NCBI GenBank assembly: GCA_002633005.1
Contig: NMRA01000584.1
Span: forward strand, 64,838-128,837
DNA from: Phoronis australis
Taxonomy: Eukaryota; Animalia; Phoronida
Reading direction: 5' to 3'
DNA: 64,000 nt
Positions 1-20,804 of the stretch are shown piece by piece; the stretch's first letter is position 1, and every line of letters starts with the position of its first letter. A program made the translations under genes and the position numbers. The notes under the pieces are model-generated. The model had not been told where the DNA came from. It was given only the letters and a program-made list of their open reading frames with translations, and searched no databases.

Positions 1-202
1 ACCAGTGATCATCGTTTGCCATTGCACGATGACATCCCTGTACCATGCACAACGTAAACTATCATTGCTATCAAATCCGAGAAGCATAACCAAAATCTGA
101 TAACAAAAGGGAAAAAAGTAATTTGGCCCTTTATATCTGAATATTGTGCGCAGATTAATATCGAAAGAGCTTTTGACAAAGCGATTAAGGTAATCAATAC
201 AC

Positions 203-1127
203 AACAAGAGCAACACGGAGCGTTGAAATGCGCCCATGGCTGCACCGCAAACGGTGTGCTTCTAGGGGTGTTTGTATCATAAAATTGGCCATTATATAGC
301 ACAGAATACATTGAACCCATCCAAAAACGGGAATATGTTGTCGTCTCTAATCTACCGGCCAAATTTCATAAAATTCGTCAAAGAACTCCTAAGATACAAA
401 GGCAAACGTAAAAAATGCCATTAGGAACCACAGCGGAAGTCGAATCCGTTCATCTGCTGTCCAGTTAACAAGAATACAATTGCAAAATTTCAAAAACATT
501 TTGCAGTGTCAAAGGAGATACAACCGTAGATGCGAAAAATGTCACTAGGGGACACCAAATAGTTGGACCCGCTGCAAACCCACGTCAGTCATGCTGTTGT
601 CAGTAGGAACACAACTGTCATCATCCTCTGCGCGGTTTGGCAGATACAGACGCAGACGACAAAAACAGACTAAAATAATTAAAATGGTCACTAGTTGGTG
701 CAGAATACGTCCATCACAAAAAGAAAAGGTGCTGCCGTCCTCATAATAAAAATTTGTTTCCCAAATTTCATGAAAACGTATCAAGGAACTTTGAAGTTAA
801 AGAGGCAAACGTTAAAAATAAAATTGACTCTAGGGAACACATGTGTAGTTGAATTGGTCTGAAACTAGCCGTCATCTGTTGTCATATCGATAGGAGCACA
901 TCTGCTAAAATTCAGAACGATCTTGCAAAGGGCAAAGGACTGAGGTACGGCCATTGACACAAAAAATAAAATTGCCACTAAGGGGTGCCAAAGTAGTTTA
1001 ACACGTCCGAAAATCGGCGTTAGCATCGGGTTTTGGGCATAGAACAGCGGACGTCGGACGGGCGGACGTTCGGACGCACGGACAGGGATGACGGCATAAC
1101 GCGCCCACGTATGTGTGCGCATAAAAA
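203..1127 (+). mobile_element. Helentron-associated (HINE / pearl-CvA-like) non-autonomous element
   Basis: Starts AACAAGAG. Has degenerate internal ~120-140 bp repeats (e.g. caaatttcat...ggcaaacgt at ~360 and ~763), a (CGGA)n-like microsatellite at 1048-1083, a 3' stem-loop gcgcccac/gtgtgcgc and a terminal ATAAAAA. The subterminal atgcgccc (~228) matches the 3' stem. This architecture is typical of lophotrochozoan HINEs. Confidence 0.7.
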
Positions 1128-2819
1128 CCAGAAAGTGATAGAATTGAACAGAACAATAAATAAGTAGAAGAAACTCAGAAATGAGTCGCACAAAAGATAA
1201 TTTCTTTTAAATCGGTTACCTATACGAAACGCCTGTTTTAAACGTTTTAAGTAGTAACTAAACAAAGATGATACCCGAATTTTTATTTCCAAATTACACT
1301 TCACATGTAAATGAAAAGAATTCACAAATACGTAACAGATTAAAAATAAAAAATATTCCTTAAGTGGTAGTCATTTATTTTCGTGAGCAAGAGGACACAT
1401 TCCAAACAACTATTGTTGATACCAACAGGGGAAATCTAATTAATGATTCATACTAACTTCATAGACTAAAGCTACGAATGCCTTTGACACATCTCCCCTA
1501 TATTATAGAAATAATTCGCCGTTATTCAATAGGCCATGTTTGAATAATTTAATAAAAAAAATCCGCATTCCGTTATAAAATCGCGTCGTTAGCTCTTGCT
1601 GTCGCCAAGAGAAGGAACCGGTTTTATTCATAAACGCGTTACCTAGAAGACGACCCAGCTCTATAATAACCGCGTTTGTCTTATTCCAGCGCTTATGTTT
1701 GCTTAGCGATAATTTTCGTTGCACAAGATTTTAGGTTCAGCCCGCATTCCCGCAGATAACCACGTATACACAACAACACCCAGTTTATGGCTTTGACGTC
1801 TTCTTACCTGGCAAAGTTAAACTACTTTTCATGAAGTCGTATAGACCAGTGAGCTCTTTTACTGAGCCTCAGTTCAAAAACTATATAAATGCTCACGACA
1901 ATTAAAATTTGAAAATCAGAAAACATCAGATTTTAAGTGAATTCTTTCAGAATGTCTTACAAAATTGGATCGGTTATATTGTTCAGGATTTTCCTCTTTA
2001 ACTCCAAACATGTATACTTTTAATGGCGATACAGGATGAGAACCGCACTAGGTAATTTACAACATTTGTCGTGTAACTAAGCGGTTTGAAAATTAGAGAA
2101 TATTTTGTTTCAAACTCATAATCTGATTTAATTCGTTATTTAAAGTCACAAATAAAATTACACGAATAATTCCCCCCAAAATGAAGGGTTGTCAGGAAAC
2201 GAAAGACAGAGATCTGTGGAAATAAAATGTTGTTGCACGAGGACACGTTCAGGAAAACGCCGTGATGAGTGACAGAATCGAGTGCTGCGAACGTGCGCGT
2301 TCCATCAGTGACTCAGCTTAGTGACATGCGAGCGTTCAACAGATTTAGTGAGATGCACACAGCCAATGATATGCAGTGCACAAAAACAAAGCGAGAACTT
2401 TCGTCATTATAGAGTTTGCATACGAATATCAAAAATGAAATGAATGAAGCGACGTGGTCTAAAAAGTGAAGTGCTCAATATTTCCCTGTGACTGTTTCGC
2501 TTCTCGCTACAATAAAATCAGTGATATTAATGTTAATTTATCTTTACACGTATGTTTACAGGGTATATAATTTTATTGCTTATGTTTTGGAATTTACTGT
2601 CCTGACACGGCGACAATGGGTTTAGATGTGTCAACTGCTATAAGTGGAGCAGGTCACCGTGGTCAGTAAGATTTAAAATCTCAGAACATAATTTTGACAT
2701 TTACCGTTCAGTTAACTGAATGTTAGCCATGGCGCTTCAAATGTTAAGCCTGCCATGTCTACACACACTTCCTTGAAAATTATTAATGTAATTTCTAAAA
2801 AATTAAAACTAGTAGTTAC

Positions 2820-3627
2820 CATTTACGGGCGCTCTCCGTAAATCTTGTTGGGCCATCCCTGGAAGAGCTTGGTGTCCAAAATTCGGCGACCATTCTGTAG
2901 GTGTGTAACCGTAGCTGCTGGCACCGTTAGACTGCGTCAGATGATGAACAGGCATGTTGGCGTGGAAGGCCGCGTACCGGGACACGCTACCAGAACTAGG
3001 CGGGCTGGAGTAACTTGCAAGGTCTGGCCCAGCCCCCGTCGACTGCCAAAATTGACTGGGCTGAGAGGTCGATGGTAGAGTCGCCGGTGAACCGTAATGA
3101 GCAGGCAAGAGTGGACGAGAGGAGGGCGGCACGTAAACAGGGGTTGCGGGTTTATATTCCGAGTAGAGGGCAGACTGAAGACTGTGGCCTTTGGGATAAA
3201 AACTCTGGATAGGTGGAACGCCTCCTGTATTGGAGGCGTTGGTTAACGTGGCTAAGCTAGCGTGGGTCGGGTTTTCGATTATGGCTGACGTGTACGGAAC
3301 ACTGGAGACCATGGGCCGCTCAATACTTTTGAAGAACACCTCTACCTCCTCTTGTTGTAAAATTCCACTGGGTGGATCACCATATTGACTGCTAACTATA
3401 GGTCCACGAGTTACTGATGCCACCGCGGCACTAGCCTGGTCGCCATTGTGGTTTCCAGGAGCGCTAGACGCCGTCTCTTCCTGTTCTTCCTTGATGCTGC
3501 TGGCCTTACTGGAGGCTCCTTCTTGCTTCACCAGCTCACTTTTAACTACCTCACTTCGTTGGTCGTCAGCCGGTCGATGCCACGAGGTTTTATCCTCTTG
3601 CTGCGATGACATTATTTTCAATTTCAT
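2820..3627 (-). CDS. GATA4/5/6: GATA4/5/6-class transcription factor, paralog A: first coding exon (N-terminal domain); zinc-finger exons expected left of the window
   Basis: ORF has ILQQEEVEVFFKSIE and ATPVYVPPSSR, collinear with LLPKEDVEIFFNHLE and ASPVYVPTTR in the neighbouring complete GATA gene. It ends QQDLRR..NG at a phase-1 donor G|GTAACT (2820/2819), the same phase as paralog B. Start is ATG 3627 or 3612. Confidence 0.8.
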
Positions 3628-6600
3628 TAAGTTTCATTGACTGTGACTTCTGGGAAAATAAAAATGTAGTCTGTTCGCGACCCTTGTCCAATCGCCTCTG
3701 TTTAGCCTGCTTGAGAAAAGGAAGTTAAATAGAAACAAAGCCCAGGTGAGCAAAAAACGAGGAATTTAAATTCACCCCACAGCAGGTGTAAATTCAAGAT
3801 GGCCGACTAACAAGGTTTTTATTTGAACAGTGACATGCGCCATATTGTCGCAAATTGTGCCGAGATCGACATCCGTGTATACTTTTTGTTGAGTGCCACA
3901 TGTCCCAGCTTCAAGACACCAGTAAAACGCCCTAGAAGCCAAACAGAAGGAACCAAGTTTCACGAAAATAACCTTGTTGATTTCGCAACGACAAACTGGA
4001 TGGCATTTATAGTCTGCAACAGCTCAGCTATACATGAATTCTACCAGTAATTACCGCATTATTCGGCAAATACAGTTTTGGCTTCAATTTTGTAGATGGT
4101 AAAGTGTTATGTCAATATGTGTCCAGATATGTGATAAGGCAATCGTGCAACTCTCTGTTATAGTAAACTAAAGGTTTTGATATGCTATCGTGATTTGGCG
4201 ATATGATTGCGAGTGACTATGCATTCAGACTGCCCTAAATTTCTGCTCTATATTCTACATGTACAAGGATGTCCGTGATACGCCTAGAAAGTTTAACATA
4301 AACCAACACGAACTGTTAACACTTAAAACACAAACAGTCTTTGCTCACGACTAAAAAGCATATTTAACCAGCCATAATCGCCGTATAAAAAAACAATAAC
4401 GAGGAAAGCCCTCGTCACCGATAACTGAAACGATATGATAAGACTGGGAGGTCGTAGCTGGTTCATGAAATGAGTCTGTTGTCTAACAGTCTTCAAGAAA
4501 GATAAAAGAAACTCGATTCCTACCCCTAATTAACTGCTACAGATAAGCGTTTTCTTCCGTCCTTTTCCAGATATGTCTGTGTGGCGGGCACTGCTTCGGC
4601 GTGTATGCAAATTAAATACGCACTCTGAGAAGCCGTTTAGGGGAGATCTGGGTCCCAAACTGGACGAGTCCATTTTCCTGGTTAGCATTAGGAATCAGGC
4701 CTCGTTAAATAGTTATTCGTCATGGTGCAATTTGAGAGTGATATTCATGTACAAGAAATATTTATAGCAACAACACACCCTGTTGGACAGAATCGCATAA
4801 CTTTATCAAGTTTCTAAACTTCGCCTTCATTACGTGGGACTGCATGACTTGTCTCTTGACCGCTACCCGTGCCATTAGTGATATATTTGTGTAGTATTTC
4901 ACGCCTAATTTTTCTCCGGCTGTGACATTTACATTCGAACCGCTTTCCAAGTGTCGCTAGACGTCAGCTCTGCCTCGATCAAACAAGGTCATAAATTTGG
5001 GACGTTTTATATTGGTAATATGAATATTTGACACATTTACAGAACCCATCTATCTTAAGTGTTTGTTTAACGTCCAGAGTTCATTGTTTTTCGTCTTATC
5101 GCTCCTTAGTTTTGTCGGACATGAATATAACACACGATTGGGCAACAACATGGAACGACATAAAAGAACCACGATGTATGCGGATTTTACAAAAACCGAT
5201 AAGTTGCCTTGCTTATTTCTAAAACGGTTGTTGATTGGCGTGTCAATGTGAGATAAGCTCACCCTGCCAAAGGTTACGCGGCCTCCAAGTTTCAACCTGA
5301 AAGATAACATACACATATAAGACACTTTTAGCAGCACATTCAATAAAACTTCTTACGCCTTATTTTGACAGCAAGTGTTCTTTAAGGGGGTATCTCGTCC
5401 AAGCAACGTGTAGCTCTGCTGTACATTGCCCTCAGAAATTGTCCATGACCTGGATCACTTTCGCGTCTATTTAGCAAAAGACAGCGTAAGCACTTGAACA
5501 GTCGGTGGTTCTAAACATGTTGAATGTATGACTTCCGTTTTAGGTTTCCCTTCAATTGTCAGTCGTGGCGATTCCCTTGGACAACTTCTTTTAATCGCTT
5601 AAAACGTATTGCTCGAGGGAAACAATGACGAATAGTGTTAAAGACAATCACCCATAATGCAACGAAAATCTCGTTACCAATAACTTATACCTTAGATTAG
5701 ATGTCTGTCAAGCAGACAAAACCTCCCTAATGAAATATTTCAGTTCAACGTGTCATATCGTAAACAATAGGTGTCTCTATATATCTGCTTGTGGAGGGAG
5801 CCGTTCACCTAATGGCACTTGCGCAGCTCTACATTTCATTGGCCTAAAATAGCTCTAGACACAAGCATGCATTTTGGCTGCAACCATGGTTATTTTTATT
5901 TAACAAGTGCGCAAATATGTACACAAGCAACATATTATTGCAGTGTGATGTGAATGAATGTGCGCGTTATATGCACGTATCAGCATTTTATAGTCACGTT
6001 ACTTAACCACAATTCGAACAACTGCAGTTACGAAATGCATCCCAAATTGATCAGACTGGCATTTGAAATAATTTAGAATAAAGACGGTTGCGTATGTAAC
6101 GCAAAAATGTACCCATCAGGTTGTTTTTTCCCAGGAGAGCATTTTCTCATTGGAACTACACGTATTACTGTCACGAAAACGACGTTCATTCGTGCTCGAC
6201 TTTAAGAAACACTATCGACGACAATGTTTGTTTGAGATCATCCCCAAGACAAATTCGCGGTCGTATTGTCATTAAAGCTAAAAAACCAACGTGGCAAAAA
6301 AGTGGTGCTAAGGTCACCGGCGTTGCATCCAGTTGATTCTAGATAAAGGCTGGAGGCCATAGTACGGAATTGGCTATTTCTAACAAAATATCAAAAATAC
6401 AACGAATTTTACGATGCCTATCCTTCACAATAACAGTCCCAAGATTTAACATACAACGTATTGTCTACCTTTAATGGTTGTACGGTAGTTGAACTACGAT
6501 TTTTTGTGTCACGTGCAAATATGACGTCTTTCACGTCAGCTGCTAGTGTCCTGTTTTCAGTTTGTTCTGAGAGGTTCATTTCCAAAGTCGCCGAGTCCTA

Positions 6601-7281
6601 AAACCAGTTCTTGAGAAATGAGATTTTTCAACTCGAAGCATTTAAGTACATAACTGAAATTGATGCGCCATTTTGGAAACAATTGATCGAATACAGGATT
6701 ACATTTTTACGCCTTTCGGTTGCCACGGCAACATTTCTCAAATAAAAATACCATATTTAAGGCAATTTTAGAGACAGCATACAGAAGTGGTTTTACCACA
6801 AATCAATTTTTAGTTTATTTAATTTTGCTTGATTAGTAATTCATTATGAAACGCTTAGTGGATCTACAAGCGAAATATTTATTCATCAGTTTTTTTTAAG
6901 TCAAACGTCATCTTTGTTAACAAACTCACAAATACGGTTTGGAATTTTGCATGTATGATAGATAAAAAATGTAGTCTTGTTATATATCTTAGTTTTGCTA
7001 ATGCTGAGATATTTGTGGTGCAGAAAGTGGAACAATGTGGTACACTTTCCCAACAGATAAAAAGCTGAAGCTTAGAGTAAACAGTGTGAGATATCTGATT
7101 ATCAGATTGGCAAGCAGGGGAGAAAACCAACACCTCAAGCATAAAGACCACGAGTTCTGACAAAGCGCTGGTAGGGATTTTGCGCCAAAGGGTTTCTTTC
7201 ATTTCAGAACATTTGGCCAGTCGCACTTTGTATTCAAGCAAGATGACAATGAAAATTCACAGCAACTTTTGGGAATAACAG

Positions 7282-7287
7282 TTTATT
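7282..7287 (-). terminator. Candidate polyadenylation signal (AATAAA) for GATA-B
   Basis: First minus-strand AATAAA I found downstream of the stop at 8712, implying a ~1.4 kb 3'UTR. An ATTAAA variant lies near 7790. Confidence 0.35.
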
Positions 7288-8711
7288 GACACATATTTGT
7301 TTATAGACTTTCACGCTTATCATCGCTATACTGGTTCTAGCCAGTAATCGACTCCTTCCAAGTATATTATAATACAATAAATAATTGTTTATAAACCACG
7401 GTCAGGTTCAGTTGTTTAAAACTGAAAGTTAATGGCAAGATTACGCATAACTGAACAAGTAACAAAATACATCGCACAGATATTACGACGTACGTTAGAC
7501 AAGGCAACTCCTTGGAAATAATGCTGACATCGAACTAATATTTTAACGCTCACTAGATAAGTCAGTGGAAATAACAGTTACAAGATTGTCAGGGACATTC
7601 GTGAAAAGCAATTTAACGAAATTAGCAGTACCGCAAAACCAGCCAATCGTTCTGCCGCTGATCAAAATCCCCAGTATTTTAAGATGTAAACAGTAGACAC
7701 CAGCCTTGATTTGACTGAATGTCTGGCAGACAACGGCAAGAATTATGTAGATTTCAATGAAGTCTCGAAAATACAACGGATTTTGTTGTTTTAATGCTTC
7801 GGTCACACCTAATAAATTCAAAAATGTCCATCTCATCCTGAACAACACCAAAAATTCGTTTTTTCAGCCAACGATAATCCTTAAAACAGCCGAAGAACAT
7901 TAGGACAAATAAAATGCTACACCAACGAAATAAAGCTATTGTTTAAACAATATCGACGTTTTACGTAAAGTAAACAGAATTATCGATTATGAGCAGTAAC
8001 TCACGTAACATTTATAATTGTACGATATAACAACAAAGTCCTGCAACTATATCAAACATTTTCCAAAGATATATACAAAAAACATCACCACACAGTGTTA
8101 ATTAAATACATAATTTAAGTCTTAATTGATTTAAATATAACGTTTTAACACAAATAAATTAACAGTCAATCATCATCAGTAGGCAAGATCAAGCTCAATA
8201 AAATAAACAAAGTGTTCGTAAACTCACCGTGCATAGGAAACAGTCTATTTACAAATTGGCACCTTGAAATCAGCAAACAAAATAAATGAGGTAGAAAACG
8301 CAAAAGTATATCTATCAAATTTCATCGGCAAGATAGTTTTGTTAGCCTAAAGAGTTCTCGTTGGGTCACTCACGAGACCTCAAAACGCGAACTATTCTTC
8401 CAGTGTCAAACCACTGCTACGTGTTCAATATTAACCGTTGGTAGAATACTATGGCACCAATAATTCACTACCGTAATCTAAAAACAAATATTCACGAAAA
8501 ATCACTATGACCCAATTCTATTCTGTGAAGTAGGCTAGCGGACGTTGTGGCTTCGACAGCACATCTCGCGTAATGTTCAGAGATTTCCACAAGGAATGGT
8601 TAACCTAAACATGAAGATACCGCCAACAATGTCGTAGTTAACTGTTCATGGTTTCCAGTTAGTTAGTTCATTATTACAACACCCTACGTTGTGCGCGCGC
8701 TTGCATAAACT

Positions 8712-18980
<10,269 letters not shown>

Positions 18981-20576
18981 ATGAGACTGCCATGTCGGTG
19001 TGGTGCAAGAGTAGTGATGTGGTCAATAGAATCTGGCGAGAAGCTGCAACGACAAGTGCCAACCTACAATTTAGACTAGACAGTCGCTTTTGTGATTGGC
19101 TATTTCATCGCTATAAGTAACACAAATGGTCGCAGCAGTAAACAATCACTTAAACGAGCAACAAACTGGCAGACCAAGCCGAACTATGAAAATATTGTCT
19201 TAACTAAAATAAAGTTTCTCAGCCAGATGTTTCATAAAACATAACTTATCACTCTACACTCTTACCCAGCTAAATAACTTAAGACCTTTCTCGACCATCC
19301 ACCGTCTAGTTGGTGGCTGTAAAGCTTTCAACACAGCAAATTCTAGTCCGCATTCTTGATCTTGTAATGATATGTGGTTTTGTTGATATGTTTTGAAAAT
19401 ATTTTGTTATTTAATTTGAGACTGATAACCCCTCGGAGTAGAAATGTCAGTGTCAACGTTTAACAAATTCACCATACTTTACGCCTATGGCCTAAATACC
19501 AAACAAACCTCCTAGCTACATGTATCATGCCGCCAGTTTGAAGCCAGTTTTACGGCGTCAAATCATTCACAGAATATTTACGACTCCACCACGTGAGTGA
19601 ATGGCAGTATAAGCAATTCAATGATTGTTTTGAATCGCATATTCTATTGAAATTCCGGGGCTAACTTTTCCCAATGCTTTCATCATTCTACAGTTAGAGT
19701 CGTGAAAACGTGAGAAAGGTAAATCCCTAAACGGGTCGATGACAACTAAAATCGCCAACTTCAGTTTCCAAAAACCATAACAGTTCCCCAAAGAACCAAA
19801 CTGTCCAAGACCATGACTGTGCATTTCTTTGATGGTTAGAAAAAAATCACATATGTATCAATTATTTGGTAGCCCTCTCCAGAAATTTCACCAAAATTAA
19901 CGGGAATAAAATCGTTAATTCCCTGTATCCATAAACGCCAAACATGTTTGTGAAGACACCACGCAATTCTGTAAGGCCAAAAGAGAGGAAAGTATTTTAC
20001 TCGTTAAGTACCCACTTTGTTATGAAGTAAACTTACAAAAAGAAATCCCAAAAGGATTCCAGCCTTCAACGGACAGGTGCCAGACATGACGACTTTTAAA
20101 ATTACTGTGCGAGCAATAGTTTGGTTGATCATTGGCAATTTGATAGACGTTAAGTCTTCCAGTTAACTGGCTGAATTAACGAGGGGATCGCGGCGAGCTG
20201 ATGAACCGATCCATCAGCGAACACCCGTCCTATGTGTTTATTTGACTGTTTGTAATTGATTCAAATTAATAGATACGGATCCAGCCATGTAGAACTGGTT
20301 AAGTCTCTTCACTTATCAACAAAAACACTGTCTGTGGACCAGCTCATGCCTAGGTCGACGTGAGCTAGAAAAAAGAAAGAGGCAACGGGCTCAAAACAAC
20401 GACCGAAATTATGATTCTTTGGCCTAAAAAGAAGGGCAACGTGGCAAACGATACGTCGTCTCATTTATTCATCACAGAATTAGATGCACACTGAATCACA
20501 GAAAACTCAAAATGCGTAAACTGCACAGTCCTTGCACCGCAATCCAATGCATTAACATTAGGAAAANNNNNNNNNN

Positions 20577-20804
20577 GGGGGGGCTCGAACGAGCCTCCCC
20601 CCATTTAGCGAAGTGGGCAAAAAGGTCCGCCTCAGAGAAACAAAAACGAGATAAAAGTCCACTAAATAGGTGCAAACGCACAATTCATAGCACATGCAGC
20701 TCCGATAGTGGTACTGTTGCTTTTTTAGTCAACTGGCTAATTTGTTTGTAAAAGGTCCACATGCCAAGAATTCGAGCCCCCCCCATTGAAGGCTGGGTGC
20801 GCGC
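20577..20804 (+). mobile_element. GC-rich hAT-like MITE next to a 10-N gap (20567-20576); same family as 48405-48610
   Basis: Shares ggggggctcga..tgggcaaaaaggtccgcctc..aagtccac with 48421-48510. Its right end ctgggtgcgc is inverted relative to gcgcacccag at the left end of the 48.4 kb copy. Confidence 0.65.

Noticed and set aside
2845-3640. Plus-strand ORFs antisense to GATA-A exon 1
   Set aside because: Shadow ORFs of a GC-richer coding exon.
6345-7350. Possible transposon with terminal inverted repeats between the GATA genes
   Set aside because: The putative TIRs match too poorly to call by eye.
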